Origin: Opitutales bacterium
GTDB taxonomy: Bacteria > Verrucomicrobiota > Verrucomicrobiia > Opitutales > PNEW01
Direction: 5' to 3'
Length of the DNA stretch: 64,000 nt
Assembly (NCBI GenBank): GCA_965197745.1
Contig: CBDANS010000007.1
Span: forward strand, 1,056,001 to 1,120,000
How positions within the stretch are numbered: position 1 is the first letter of the stretch; each line of letters begins with the position of its first letter. Below the pieces are notes generated by a model. That model was not told the origin of the DNA, did not search any database, and saw only the letters and a list, made by a program, of their open reading frames with translations. Both the position numbers and the translations under genes were made by a program. Of the stretch, positions 30,071 to 41,963 are shown piece after piece.

Positions 30071-30841
30071 TTAATTTTGGCTAGCATTGTATATTAGCCC
30101 CACTTTTGGTTCCGGTGAGCCCTCTTTCAGTTTTTCGGTAATAAACTCGATAACTTTATCGCGGGAACTTTTTTCTCTCAAAGAGACACGAGGGACGGCA
30201 AATAAACGATTAGTTTTAACTGTCCAGTGCCAATACAGTGCCATATTCGAAAAGCAGCTCTCAAGAGCTGCTTGCGAATGGTCTTTGTGGGGTAGTGCAG
30301 GGGCTGTTTCTATCCCAGGGGGTATTTCATTTTCGTTGGGATATAATTCTGAAGGGACGATCTCATGGACATCCGTATAATCCGCCCATTTCGCCTTGAA
30401 TGCATTCTGGAATCCCCGGGGAGTATTGGGCCAGGTTGAATCAAGTTTTAATGGGGCACGATCTTTTCTCTTATCCTCTTCGTATGCTTCTAAAAACTCA
30501 ACCTGGTCCTCTCCTATCCTCAGACCCAATCTTTGAGGCTGTCCTCTTTTGGGCCCAAGCCCACGTGGGATTATTACTGGTTCATGCATCCAGTTCCAGG
30601 CCACTCCCGCAAAATAATTATTTTCTTCTTTAACGGACAGGAATTTTTCCCTTCTTCCCTCTATGTCCTGAAAACTATTAAGCTCCTCTGACTTTTCTTT
30701 AAACGCTTTATTGCGTCGAAGCAATTCCCATACCTTTGCCGGTATGCCATGATTACAGGGATTGCAGTCTGATAAGTTCATGCGCACTATTGCTTCTTCT
30801 AGTGGTATTAAATTTAACAAACGTTTGGACTCATCCTCCAA
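30071..30841 (-). CDS. DUF6499-like (WELLRRN) regulator, copy 2, probably C-terminally truncated
   Basis: PAKVWELLRRNKAF motif; similarity to copy 1 ends at PEPKV. Confidence 0.7.
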   Translation of the reverse strand: MEDESKRLLNLIPLEEAIVRMNLSDCNPCNHGIPAKVWELLRRNKAFKEKSEELNSFQDIEGRREKFLSVKEENNYFAGVAWNWMHEPVIIPRGLGPKRGQPQRLGLRIGEDQVEFLEAYEEDKRKDRAPLKLDSTWPNTPRGFQNAFKAKWADYTDVHEIVPSELYPNENEIPPGIETAPALPHKDHSQAALESCFSNMALYWHWTVKTNRLFAVPRVSLREKSSRDKVIEFITEKLKEGSPEPKVGLIYNASQN

Positions 30842-31482
30842 TACTTAAAGTAGGCACTTTAGCCAGCGCTTCAATTGCTGGAGATGATTCCTGTTTATCT
30901 GCAATAATGTTAGCCCATACAACTTAGCGATCGCAAGGTGCAATTTGAGATAACCCTGTATCGTTCTCCCCGCCATGTTAGAAATGCGACAGGAAACACG
31001 CTGGCTATTGTATCTCCCGTGACTCTCCCATTTCCTGCACCGACAGATCCTCTGGGGTGTTTCTATCCCTGTCCCTTAGCTGTCATGAGCGCTGTCCCGT
31101 GCGTGAGTTTTCCTGCCCCTGAAGCTTCGCCCTTCTGCCCGAACTTATGCACTGGCGCAACCTTATGGCTGAAATACCGCTCGCCCTTATCCAACACTAC
31201 GAGGCACTCGACAGGCTGTTTGCCATCGCGGGAACGTTTTGCTCTCTCTTTCACGACGAAAGACTATGACACAAAATCGGCACGGTGCAAACGCAATATT
31301 TTTCAAACTGACCCACTAACGGTAACCGTTAATCTGGCCACCCCCCTCGCTGCTGAGGCTGAAGATGTCACCCAAAGTAATCATGAAAAAAGGCACAGAT
31401 AGCGGTTGAAGGTTTGGAATCGAGTTGTTTTACAGCTAAATTCGCTGCTTAAGGGTATCATGAACCCCGATGGCAATACCCA

Positions 31483-32769
31483 TCAATCTAATGGGTTAAA
31501 TGCGACAACCGATTGCTCTGCATTTGCCGGGAGGATTGAGAAATATTTTCCCCCCTCTGATTTACGCGCAAGACTCCGGTAATGATCAAAGAGCACCTGG
31601 TCGCTTGATTTATGCCCGAGCATGGCTGCCGTTTTACTCGCATCGCTGGACAGGGCATAATAGTAACTGCCGAAACTGTGACGCATCGCATTGCTGTAGT
31701 TTTCTTTCCACTTGGGAAAGCCCGCTTCTCTGGTAAGTTCTGCAAAGCTTTTGAATAAATTGGTTGGTGCAATACGCCCTGTCTTTTTAAAGCATAACTG
31801 TAACCAAGCTACACAATTGTCCATAAGATCAACAACCCTTAATTGGCGCTTTTTAGCTATCTGCGGTCCAACCGTCAGTAACTTGCGCTCCAAGTCGATC
31901 GCAGACCAGTCAAGCCTGGATATTTCAGTGCTCCTTAACCCTGCGAACAGTCCTAATGCCACCAATGGGAGCAGCCCTATATCTTCATCTGTCTTTGCCG
32001 CATGGAAGACTAAATCTTCCGCCTGATTGACTTTGAGAATGACAGGGGGCTTCCAGTCTATTTTTGGTATTGGAATTTTCTTCACAGGATTATCGACCCG
32101 AAATCCCTTGTTCACCGCATAGTTAAAAAAAGTGCTTAAGCATAAGCGGTAGTTTATAATGCTTCTCACAGAGAGAGAGGTAAAGTTATTGAGCCAGTCT
32201 TCTATTTCCATTTGAGAAATCTCCTTGACCAGTCGGCTCCCAAAGTTTCTTGAGAAGATTCCCAGCCGGGAGCGGATATCATTTATAGAGCGCGAGCGAA
32301 GATTCTGACTTTCTTTTTCTTCAATCAATGTTGCCGTTAACTCCAACACTGAGATATCACCGGCCGGGGGATTCAAATGCAGCTTGGCAAACTCTGCTGC
32401 CTGCGATAGAGTAATGTCGAAACCTTCCAGTATTTCGAGAGCATTGAATGCATCCTTGGATTGGTAACCGGTCATGTTATAATGATGCTGCCCGTGTTGG
32501 AGCAATCGTTCGTGTTGCTCTTTTGCCCAGGCAAAAGCCACCTCTTTTTCCTTGAACTGTCTTCTCATTCGCTTGCCCGCGAACTTCGAGGGAATGAGTA
32601 CCTGGTAGGAAAATCCGTAATCATCGCCAGCGGTTCGATTGATAACTTCCCTGATTGTGATAGCACTTTTCTTAGGGTGCTCCCAGCTATTAAGGGGACT
32701 CGACTTTTTACGTTTTCCTTTAATTGCCTCCATCAAGTAAGACAATGCCTCAATCAGGTTTACTTGCAA
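31483..32769 (-). CDS. tyrosine recombinase/phage integrase (copy 2)
   Basis: Same motifs and same length (428 aa) as copy 1, highly similar. Confidence 0.95.
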   Translation of the reverse strand: MQVNLIEALSYLMEAIKGKRKKSSPLNSWEHPKKSAITIREVINRTAGDDYGFSYQVLIPSKFAGKRMRRQFKEKEVAFAWAKEQHERLLQHGQHHYNMTGYQSKDAFNALEILEGFDITLSQAAEFAKLHLNPPAGDISVLELTATLIEEKESQNLRSRSINDIRSRLGIFSRNFGSRLVKEISQMEIEDWLNNFTSLSVRSIINYRLCLSTFFNYAVNKGFRVDNPVKKIPIPKIDWKPPVILKVNQAEDLVFHAAKTDEDIGLLPLVALGLFAGLRSTEISRLDWSAIDLERKLLTVGPQIAKKRQLRVVDLMDNCVAWLQLCFKKTGRIAPTNLFKSFAELTREAGFPKWKENYSNAMRHSFGSYYYALSSDASKTAAMLGHKSSDQVLFDHYRSLARKSEGGKYFSILPANAEQSVVAFNPLD

Positions 32770-32840
32770 GCCTTATTGACAATAATAATACAGGAATATT
32801 ATAAGTTATTGATATATTCTTTAAAAGACGGGGAGGAAGA

Positions 32841-32882
32841 CCCGTCTTCTTCTCGCGATCGCGGGACTACGCCGTGGCAAGC
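32841..32882 (+). repeat. REP-like palindrome (family also at 38536..38588, inverted)
   Basis: CCCGTCTTCtTCtCGCGatcGCGGGACTAC matches the reverse complement of GTAGTCCCGCaaaCGCGGGACGAAGACGGG. Confidence 0.7.
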
Positions 32883-32914
32883 GAAGACGAAGCTTATTAT
32901 AACATTCAAAATCA

Positions 32915-34276
32915 CTATAGCTCCTCCATTATCTCTTCCGCTGTTTTGAGTCCGGCAAGCAAGCATTTCCCGACGGCGACACCGGTGTGGTAACTTCCCG
33001 TGATATGAAGGGTGGGATTATTTTTTTCCACCTTATCAATAATTTCCAAAAACCGCCCATAACCTATGTTAAATTGAGGTATCGCATTAAGCCAATGAAA
33101 CTGCTTGAGGTAAACCGGGTCGCCTTTTAATCCGAGCAGTTGGTCAAGTTCGTTTAAGACTAAAGACTGCTGTTTTTGTAAAGGCAATGTCGCTATTTCC
33201 GGCTGTCGAGTGCCGCCGATAAAAGTGGCTAAGGCGGCATGGCCTTCCGGAGTGTGAGAGGGAAAGACGGATGAGTTAAACAGTGTTCCCAGGATATTCA
33301 TCTTTTCCTTTTCCGGAACGAGTAAACCAAAGCCATCTAAAGAATGCCTGATGTGCTCACGCTTAAATCCCAGGACAAGAATAGTTACGGGCGTATAAGG
33401 TATGGAAGCAAGCTGCTCGAGACTCGACGAGAGAGCATCCTCAAAGGGGAGAGAGGTCAGAGAGAATGCCGGTGTCGTAATAACGAGCGCGTCAAATTTA
33501 GTTTCTTCGCTCTTCCCGTTTCGTTTCCAGATAATATTCCAAGTGTCATTCCTGCTTATGGAAGTAATTTCAACATCGGTTTGAACAGGATCAGCCAATT
33601 TTAAAACTATCGCTTGTGCCAGAGTGCTCATTCCCTTTTTAAAGGAGACAACACGTTTTTTAAATGGAGTATGGCCTTTCCTGCTTTTCAGGCGCGACTT
33701 TACGCCCCCTACAATCAATGAGCCGTACTCCTGTTCGAGATTATAGAAGAGGGGAAAGGCATAACGCGCAGAAAGTTTTTCGGGATCCCCAGCATACACG
33801 CCGGCGGCCAATGGGTTGATGGCATAGTCAAGTACCTCTTTTCCCAACCGGCGAAGCGCAAATGCGGCTAGACTTTCCTCACCATTTAATGGCCTTTTTT
33901 TAATGAAGGGCTCTTGCAGGAGCCGGAGTTTCGCGCGTGTTGAAAAAAGCGGTGTCGTGATCAGTGGAATAGGTGAAAGGGGCAGGGTAACCGGTTTCCC
34001 TTTTTTTACGACGAAGCGTTGTTTTATCCTGGGGTCGGGTTCAATAATTTCATTGTCCAGATTTAATTCATTAAGAAAGTTATCGAGGTCTTGATCCATT
34101 ATCCGCATTGTATTGGGTCCAGACTCAGAAATAAATCCGTCCTCGATCGTTGTTTGAATAACGCCACCGACGTGATTTTTCTTTTCAAAGACAGTCACTT
34201 GAATCCCCAATTGATTCAAGCGATAGGCAGTTGCTAAACCGGTGATTCCGGATCCTATAATCGCTACCGATTTCAT
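32915..34276 (-). CDS. hemG: protoporphyrinogen oxidase (HemY/HemG type)
   Basis: GSGITGL FAD motif, ESGPN, GVYAGDPEKLS, GFGLLVP; downstream of hemE. Confidence 0.93.
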   Translation of the reverse strand: MKSVAIIGSGITGLATAYRLNQLGIQVTVFEKKNHVGGVIQTTIEDGFISESGPNTMRIMDQDLDNFLNELNLDNEIIEPDPRIKQRFVVKKGKPVTLPLSPIPLITTPLFSTRAKLRLLQEPFIKKRPLNGEESLAAFALRRLGKEVLDYAINPLAAGVYAGDPEKLSARYAFPLFYNLEQEYGSLIVGGVKSRLKSRKGHTPFKKRVVSFKKGMSTLAQAIVLKLADPVQTDVEITSISRNDTWNIIWKRNGKSEETKFDALVITTPAFSLTSLPFEDALSSSLEQLASIPYTPVTILVLGFKREHIRHSLDGFGLLVPEKEKMNILGTLFNSSVFPSHTPEGHAALATFIGGTRQPEIATLPLQKQQSLVLNELDQLLGLKGDPVYLKQFHWLNAIPQFNIGYGRFLEIIDKVEKNNPTLHITGSYHTGVAVGKCLLAGLKTAEEIMEEL

Positions 34277-34317
34277 CTCAACCAGGTGTTTATAATGGGA
34301 TGGTTGTTCATGATCGC

Positions 34318-35340
34318 TTATGAGAATCGATGAACAGTTTCGACCAGGGCTTCCACATTTTCAATTTTAGCGTTGGGAAGAATGCCATGTCCCAGGTTAA
34401 AGATATGGCCCTTTTTCCCTCGCATACCACTTAATATTTTTTCCGCTTCATCACGCACCGTTTCCGGTGTCGTGGAAAGGATGGCGGGGTCAAGGTTTCC
34501 CTGCAGGGCAATGGAAGATGAAAGTTTCAGACGTAATTCGTGTAATGGCACACTGCTGTCGACACTCAATACACGGGCACCGGCTCTGCAGAGACTTGAA
34601 TGATGGTGGGCCATTCCCTTAGCAAATAGAATGATAGTCACATCATCGGGCAGGGCATCGATAATATCTTTAATCCAGCGTAAAGAGGCATCCCAGTAAT
34701 CTTCGTCAGAACATAGACAGCCCCAACTGTCGAATATTTGCAGGGCATCGACACCCGCGTGAATTTTCATTTTGAAGTAATCGATCAGAGCAGAAGTCAG
34801 TTTTTCCATCAGGGCATTAAAAGCCGCACGATTATTCTGAAAGAGATCATTCACTTTAGGGAAAGATTTTGAGGCTCCACCTTCAGCCATGTATGCGGCC
34901 AGGGTCCATGGAGAACCGCCGAACCCGAGCAGCGCAGTTTCCGTGCCGAGTTCTTTTCTTAATAGGGCCAAAGCTTCTCCGACATAACTGAGCTTGTCTT
35001 CGATTCCAATACTATCGAGATCATCGATCTGCTCTTTCGACTCGAGCGCATAATCCATGGATATGCCTCTGTCATTAAACCGGTAACCCTGACCCAGCGC
35101 TTCAGGAATGACGAGAATATCACTGAAGAGAATCGCGGCGTCAAAGTCGAATCGTCGAAGCGGTTGTAATGAAATTTCTGCCGCAAGCTCCGGGGTTCGA
35201 ACTAAATCCAGAAAAGAATGGCTCTCCTTCAGTTTTCGATACTCGGGTAAATAACGCCCGGCCTGGCGCATGATCCAAATGGGAGTGCAGTCCACGGTTT
35301 GGGAATGACATGCGGCAAGAAATCTTTCGCGACGGGTCAT
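34318..35340 (-). CDS. hemE: uroporphyrinogen decarboxylase
   Basis: PIWIMRQAGRYLPEY, FSDIL and FNLGHG motifs. Confidence 0.97.
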   Translation of the reverse strand: MTRRERFLAACHSQTVDCTPIWIMRQAGRYLPEYRKLKESHSFLDLVRTPELAAEISLQPLRRFDFDAAILFSDILVIPEALGQGYRFNDRGISMDYALESKEQIDDLDSIGIEDKLSYVGEALALLRKELGTETALLGFGGSPWTLAAYMAEGGASKSFPKVNDLFQNNRAAFNALMEKLTSALIDYFKMKIHAGVDALQIFDSWGCLCSDEDYWDASLRWIKDIIDALPDDVTIILFAKGMAHHHSSLCRAGARVLSVDSSVPLHELRLKLSSSIALQGNLDPAILSTTPETVRDEAEKILSGMRGKKGHIFNLGHGILPNAKIENVEALVETVHRFS

Positions 35341-35364
35341 TGATAGCGATGGTAAATATAAGCT

Positions 35365-36276
35365 TTAACTTCCCAACCAGTCGCGGGGTTTAAGGAATTT
35401 TTCATGCAGTTCCGCTTCTTTACTGCCCTTATCCGGTTGCCAATTATAATCCCAGCGGACAAGGGGAGGGAGGGACATTAAAATAGATTCCGTGCGCCCT
35501 CCCGATTGTAATCCGAAAAGTGTACCTCGGTCATAAACGAGATTAAATTCAACATACCTGCCACGACGATAGAGTTGAAATCGACGTTCAGCTTCACCGT
35601 AAGGGTGGTCCTTTCGTCGAAGGACAATAGGATGGTATGCGGGCATAAAATGATCGCCCACACTTTTAATAAAAGCAAAGGAACGGTCGAAATCCAGTTC
35701 ATTGAAGTCATCAAAAAAAAGACCTCCAACGCCCCGTGTCTCCTGACGATGTTCAAGGTAAAAGTAGCGATCGCAATTCTCTTTAAACTTCTGATAGTAT
35801 TCGTTTCCGATGGGCTCACAGGCTTTGCGCGCCATGCGGTGCCATTCAATTGCATCTTCTTCAAAACCGTAATAAGGGGTGAGATCAAAACCGCCTCCGA
35901 ACCACCAGACCGGGGATGGGGTGTCATTTTTTATAATGACGAGGCGGATATTCATATGGGTGGTTGGGACAAAGGGATTTATGGGGTGGAAGACTAATGA
36001 TACCCCCATCGCTCGAAATCCCATTCCTTTTAATTCCGATCGCGTTGCCGTTGCCGAAGGCGGGAGATGATCACCTTCCACGTCAGAAAAATTAATGCCC
36101 CCTTTTTCAATGACATCACCTTCTTCAAATATACGGGAGAGGCCACCGCCCACCTTGTAGTTCCACTTGTCCTCACGGAATCGCCCCCCGGGATCCAGGG
36201 TTTCTAAATCGGTGCAGAGGGAATGCTGCAGGTTTTTTAAATAGCTGCTTACCTCCTCGATATTGATCTTATCCAT
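35365..36276 (-). CDS. hemF: oxygen-dependent coproporphyrinogen III oxidase
   Basis: [11 protein letters not shown] and [35 protein letters not shown]. Confidence 0.97.
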   Translation of the reverse strand: MDKINIEEVSSYLKNLQHSLCTDLETLDPGGRFREDKWNYKVGGGLSRIFEEGDVIEKGGINFSDVEGDHLPPSATATRSELKGMGFRAMGVSLVFHPINPFVPTTHMNIRLVIIKNDTPSPVWWFGGGFDLTPYYGFEEDAIEWHRMARKACEPIGNEYYQKFKENCDRYFYLEHRQETRGVGGLFFDDFNELDFDRSFAFIKSVGDHFMPAYHPIVLRRKDHPYGEAERRFQLYRRGRYVEFNLVYDRGTLFGLQSGGRTESILMSLPPLVRWDYNWQPDKGSKEAELHEKFLKPRDWLGS

Positions 36277-36382
36277 ACGTTATGAGGACTGTTGAAAAAT
36301 GAAGGAAAAGTCTTTTAAATTTTTGTCCTTGTCGAGTGTAAAGAAGGTATAGTCATGTCACGATATATTTACTTGTCAAAAA

Positions 36383-37306
36383 ATGATTGAGAAAAAAGGG
36401 TTAACATTAACTATTTTCGGGTGCGGTTACATTGGCTCAGCCTTTGCACGTAGAGCAATCGAAGAGGGAATGTGCGTGGCCGCACTGACACGAAATCATG
36501 ATACCGCAAATAAACTGCGTGACTTCGGAGTAAGTCCGGTTGTCGAAGCTGAACTGAATTCTTCAGACTGGTACCGAGAATTAAATCCTCAACAGGACTT
36601 TGTTCTCAATTGCGTCGGATCGGCAGGTGACGGCTTGAAGGGTTACATAAAATCATATTTTCAAGGCCAGGCCTCAATTCTTGCCTGGGCAAGCGGGGGA
36701 AGGATAGGCACTTTTGTTTACACCAGCAGCACCTCAGTCTATCCACAATCTGACGGTAATTGGATCAGTGAATCGAATCCTCATAATGAAGTTTCTCCAT
36801 ACGGAAGGATTTTATTGGATGCAGAACAATTGCTCTTAAATAATCCCCGGGGTATCACCCGCTATTTCATTCTTCGCCTGGCCGGAATTTACGGTCCGGA
36901 ACGCCATCGTTTTCTAGATCAGCTTCGACAGGGTGAATCAATATTTGAGGGGTCAGGCAAGTATCATCTTAATCTTGCACACCGGGATGATATCTGTTCA
37001 GCCATTCACGCCTGTCTCTTTGCTTCTTCCGAAATCAGTGACCAGATTTTTAACATTGCCGATGATAAACCCAGTCCGAAAAAAGAACTGGTCTACCATC
37101 TTGCAGATGAGTTGGGAACGGACCGACCCCTATTTCAATCAACCCATTCCAATCATAAGCTATCACAATCCAGGGGCAGAAGAAGTGGCACCGTGGATCG
37201 CAAGATCAGTAATAAAAAAATAAAGTCAATGTTAGGATGGCATCCTGAATATTCTTCCTATAAAGAGGGCTATCAAAGTATTCTGGAAAAAATGCACGCG
37301 CCGTGA
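36383..37306 (+). CDS. NAD-dependent epimerase/dehydratase (SDR)
   Basis: GCGYIG, YTSSTSVY and LRLAGIYGP motifs. Confidence 0.9.
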   Translation: MIEKKGLTLTIFGCGYIGSAFARRAIEEGMCVAALTRNHDTANKLRDFGVSPVVEAELNSSDWYRELNPQQDFVLNCVGSAGDGLKGYIKSYFQGQASILAWASGGRIGTFVYTSSTSVYPQSDGNWISESNPHNEVSPYGRILLDAEQLLLNNPRGITRYFILRLAGIYGPERHRFLDQLRQGESIFEGSGKYHLNLAHRDDICSAIHACLFASSEISDQIFNIADDKPSPKKELVYHLADELGTDRPLFQSTHSNHKLSQSRGRRSGTVDRKISNKKIKSMLGWHPEYSSYKEGYQSILEKMHAP

Positions 37307-37411
37307 TCATCTCTCTTAACCGGTTGTGGGTATCCCCTTGACTCATGAGCGCCACTTTATGATAGTCACTTTCTCACTGCTGAATTTATTCCCTCATAAC
37401 ATAGGATAAAA

Positions 37412-37720
37412 ATGCCCGGTGTCGGAAAATTATTAAAGCAAGCGCAAAAAATGCAGAAGAAGATGGAAGCTTTGCAGGCGGAGCTTGCGCAGCGAGAAAT
37501 TGAAGTTTCCAGTGGAGGTGGTGCCGTAAAATTGAAAGTAAATGGTCAGCAGGAAGTGATAGCATTGACGCTTGATGATGAATTTTTAAAAGAGGACAGG
37601 GAATTCATTGAAGAGACACTGCTTAACGCCATTCAGGAAGCGATAGCCAAAGCCAAAGAAATGAATGAAGAAGAGATGGGTAAAATTACTTCCGGTTTAA
37701 ATCTCCCCGGCCTGGGGTAA
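37412..37720 (+). CDS. ybaB: YbaB/EbfC nucleoid-associated protein
   Basis: KQAQKMQ…SGGGAVK motif; directly upstream of recR. Confidence 0.95.
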   Translation: MPGVGKLLKQAQKMQKKMEALQAELAQREIEVSSGGGAVKLKVNGQQEVIALTLDDEFLKEDREFIEETLLNAIQEAIAKAKEMNEEEMGKITSGLNLPGLG

Positions 37721-37774
37721 GCTGACTGTTTTCTCTCAAATTGCTAACCGGTATCATTGATTCCGCCACCGTGA

Positions 37775-38371
37775 ATGACACCTGTTTTTGAAAAACTTCA
37801 GAAGATACTTAAGCAATTACCCGGCCTGGGATACCGCTCGGCGGAACGTGTAGCATTACACCTCACCGTGGAAAAACCGGATTTGCTTCCACAGCTTGTA
37901 GATTGTCTGCAAGAGGCAGCACAAAAAATTAATCGATGCAGCATTTGTGGCAATCTCTGCGAAGATGAGAACTGTGAAATTTGTCTACATCCAAAACGTA
38001 ACCACGCGGAAATTTGCATCGTTGAGCAGGTGCCCGATCTCATTGCCATTGAGCGAAGCGCAGCCTATCGTGGATGCTATCACGTCCTGCATGGAAAACT
38101 CTCTCCTATTCATGATGTCGGACCGGACGATCTCAATTTCCAATCGCTTAAAGAGCGGTTGGACTCCGGAGAGGTAGAGGAAATAATCCTCGCTTTATCC
38201 AATGATATCGAAGGTGAAGCGACCTGTCACTATATTCAGGAGACGATCATTGGTAATCAACCCCTTAAAGTAACCCGTATCGGATTCGGTTTGCCTAGCG
38301 GGGGGGGCATTGTCTATGCCGATGCTGTAACTTTGAAAAGCGCGCTTGAAGGGCGACGCAGCTATCACTAA
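37775..38371 (+). CDS. recR: recombination mediator RecR
   Basis: LPGLG.RSAER HhH, CxxC…CxxC zinc finger, Toprim (EGEAT). Confidence 0.97.
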   Translation: MTPVFEKLQKILKQLPGLGYRSAERVALHLTVEKPDLLPQLVDCLQEAAQKINRCSICGNLCEDENCEICLHPKRNHAEICIVEQVPDLIAIERSAAYRGCYHVLHGKLSPIHDVGPDDLNFQSLKERLDSGEVEEIILALSNDIEGEATCHYIQETIIGNQPLKVTRIGFGLPSGGGIVYADAVTLKSALEGRRSYH

Positions 38372-38418
38372 ATTATTTATTGTTCATTACCGAGCTGGTC
38401 TATTCAAGAGAAGTACAT

Positions 38419-38492
38419 GCGGACGTAGTATAGAGGTAATACGTGAGCTTCCCAAGCTTGAATCGAGGGTTCGATTCCCTCCGTCCGCACCA
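38419..38492 (+). tRNA. tRNA-Gly (CCC)
   Basis: GCGGACG/CGTCCGC acceptor stem, anticodon loop TTCCCAA, GGTTCGATTCC T-arm, encoded CCA. Confidence 0.95.
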
Positions 38493-38853
38493 GGTATCAG
38501 TATTCGGAACCCCAACAATACTTTAATCGCTCTATTGCCTGGCGAAGGCTGCGCGCTGTAGTCCCGCAAACGCGGGACGAAGACGGGCATTTCGTGTACG
38601 TCAGCCGTTTACGCAATAAATTACGCCTTAATCTTGACGAAGGGCTATCTTCGTCGCATTGCCCGTGTTCAGGGGAGGGGGCCCTCAAACACCCCCCCTA
38701 AATCATCCAATTGAAAAACCCATACACGGAATATACCCCTTCCTACCCCAAGGGGATTCAACACTAGCGCAGTGCTGGTGAGTGCTGTGAAGCCGTGAAG
38801 GGGTTTTGATAGGTGGGGGTATTACCTGGATACCCCTCTCAATTATTTCCTCA

Positions 38854-41800
38854 CTAATCCAACCCTAGAATCTGCTTTCGTTTTCGCTCAAGTACAATAA
38901 AACGCGGCTCTTTCCGGAGGAAGTCAAAATGTAGCAAATAGAGAGGATAATATTTCTCCTCCTCATAGGCTTGTTCAAGCGCTTCTAAGGTCTTTTCCTT
39001 CTGGCCTAAATTGGCGTAAAGGAAACGTGTCCAATTCAATTTTGCAAAAATAATTTCCAACTCTGGTGTAGCAGACACGGGCTTACCTGTACGCTTATGC
39101 TCTTCTACGAGCGAAACATAGTGCTGCATAGCTTCTTTATTTTCACCTGTAAGCTCAGCCCAGTGAACATACTCGCGTGTGGCATCCTCATACTTTTTTG
39201 CATGAAGATACGCAGCCCCTAAATGTAACCATGTAGTAGCGTTGTTTGAGTCCAGCTCAAGCGATCTCTGCAACTGATTAATAGCCACGTCGTATTGCCG
39301 CGATACTAAGAGCGTTATTCCTAGCATAAATGAGTAATGGGCTGAAAAGGGATCAAGTTCATAAGCCTTTCTCCTTTCATTAAGAGATTCGTCTAAGCGA
39401 TCCGTCAGATATAGCACACTCGCATAGAAGTGGTACGTCGGCGCATACTTTGGATTGAGTTCAATCGCACGCTGAAACTCCCTTTCAGCGCCTTTAAAGT
39501 CTTTCAGAAAATAGTCCTTATAACGCCCCATAGAAGCATGGGCTTCAGCAAGGTTCGGGTCGAGCGCTAGTGCCTTCTTCGCCACTTCTTCGGCTTGTGC
39601 TTTTACATCGCTTTTTTTAACACTAGCTATTTTCATAGGAAGAAAATTATAAACATCCGCGAGCCCAGAGTATGCTAGGGCGTAGTTGGGATCCAAGGCA
39701 ATGGCTTCTTTGAAGTGTTTCATCGCGGCCATTAAATCTTCATCAGTCTGCTGGAAATTTTCACCCCGTTTGTTCCAACGATAACGCCCTAATAGGTATG
39801 CGTTGTAGGCTTCGGTGTTCTCAGTATAGTGCTTTACCAGAGGCGCACCCGCTTCACCCATAAGCTCAACATGAAGAGATTTGGCAATCGCCTGAGAGAT
39901 TTCATCCTGGATGGCGAAGACATTTTTCAGCTCCCTGTTGTAGGTTTCTGACCAAAGATGATGATCGGGTTACGTAAACTGGTCCACCGAGAGAGTTAGT
40001 CTGGAGAGGTTAATGTTGAAGTTAAGTTGGTAGAGGAAGTCAAGGCTTGGGCGCAATGAGGGCGTAGCCCGAATGGAGCCCAAGCCTTCGGTATTAATGT
40101 CTTCAGCGAAGCACCGTGGGGTGATATTGCCGAGGCTGCGGTGGGGTCGGACATTATTGTAAAGCCAGCGCCAGTCCTCGATCACCACGCGGGCTTCGGT
40201 CAAAGTCCATAGCTGTTCACGGTTTAAACACTCCTCGCGAAAACGGGCATGCAACGATTCGATGTATCCGTTCTGCCAAGGGCTTCCTGGTTCGATATAG
40301 AGGGTTTTGATTTTCATCGCAGTTAGCCAGGCTCTCAATTCCTTTTCAATGAATGGCTTCGCATGTCGTCGCTTCGCTCCTCGGAACGGAACCGTTGTCA
40401 CTGCGAATATATTGTGGCGGCCCATGACGGGCAAGCAGTTTTTGCATGATACCGCGCACCGTTTCCGCATTGATATGGCGATCAACATGGATCACTCGAC
40501 ACTCGCGGGTGTACTCATCGAGCACGGTCAACATTTTTAAACTGCCACCGCGGACCGTCTTATCGTGGATAAAATCCCAGGTCCAAACATGGCCGGGATG
40601 TTCGGCCTTGGTCGGCAGCCCGGTGGAAACACCCCTGCCCCGACGTCTTGGCTTGCGTTGGGGGATCGCCAAGCCCAGTTCGCGTCGTAGACCTTGCACG
40701 AGACGTTTACCCACCTCCCAGCCTTCGTCTTTCAACAGCTTCGTGATCTTCGGATAGCCCCACCTGGCATATTGCCGTGATAACCGCCTTACTGCCGCCT
40801 TCAGTTTCATTAACCAAGCATCCGGATGCTTCGCCTTATACGCATAGGTGGAACGGTGCAGCCGAAAGTACCGGCACCCCGCTCGCATCGAACACTGGCC
40901 CCGAGCCACAAGTCTCTCTGCCACTTGCCGCTTGTGCCCAGGGCTTACAGTTTTTTTTCGAGGGTCTCCTGCAGGATCTCTATCCCCAGCATCTTGTCCG
41001 CCAGCATCCGTTTTAACCGCGCGTTCTCCTTCAAAGAGTTCCTTCATCCGCTTGGCCTGGTCGACATCAATCATCCCAAACTCACGCTTCCAGCGGTGGA
41101 AAGTCTGTTCGCTAATGTTGTTCTCGCGGCATGCTTCCAGGATCGTTTTCCCTTTGTCCGCCTGCCGCAGCATCCGTATTTTCTCTTCAGTTGTGTATCT
41201 TTTGCCTTTCATTGTCTGAGTCCTTTCTAGGTTACCCAGACTAACTTTTCAAGTGTACCAGTTTTCGTGGTCACGACCAATGAAAACCATCAGCAACATT
41301 TATAAGCTGTGTCGTGATGCGGAGGTCGTTTCCTGATTTACGCACACTCCCTTCAAGCACCGTTGCAACTTTGAGTTGTTCACCGATTGATGGGATGTCT
41401 AAATTTTCTTCCTTGAATCTGAAGGATGAAGTTCGCGCAGCTACGTGCATACCTGCAATCTTGGTAAATGCATTAATGAGCTCCTCCGCCATCCCCTCAC
41501 AGAAGTATTCCTGATCTTTATTCGGACTCATGTCGTGGAAGGGAAGGACAGCGATGGACTTTATTACAGACTCAGGCTCAGGTGCTTTTCTTAATATTAA
41601 ATAACCGATGACAGTTACCGCTAATAGCAATAAAGGGATCAGTCCCCCCAGGGCTACGTTCCGCCATGTGAAAATCTTATGTCGATGAACCTTTTCCTCT
41701 GTGCCCCCTTCTGTTGCAGCGTCATCAGGATCTGTCTCCTTGGGCTTCGCCCTTTCCTGGACAAACGCGGTAGCCACAACCATTGGGAAGCCGACAAGGA

Positions 41801-41963
41801 GCAACACTATTGCCATAGTTGGTGACCACTCGGGCAAACCGAGACTGGTCGTTAGATGCTGAACGACCTGCAAGACGATCCAGCTGCCAACAAGGTAGAT
41901 TAATATCACCTGCCAAAGTGAACGTCGATGAATCTCGTGTATAAGCTGGGTTAAGCTAGGCAT
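38854..41963 (-). pseudogene. membrane-anchored TolB-like/TPR protein interrupted by IS3
   Basis: Removing the IS restores …DGFHLWSETYNRELKNVFAIQDE, matching paralog 48399..50417. Confidence 0.9.
39962..41279 (-). mobile_element. IS3-family element copy 3 (1318 bp, ATGA target duplication)
   Basis: IRs TGATCGGGTTACGTAAACTGGTCCAC / TGGTCGTGACCACGAAAACTGGTACAC; ATGA at 39958-39961 and 41280-41283. Confidence 0.95.

Noticed and set aside
30938..31402. Plus-strand ORFs (154 aa here, 122 aa at 8517) in the conserved leader
   Set aside because: Frames are only partly shared between copies, composition is not protein-like, and they run antisense to the module.
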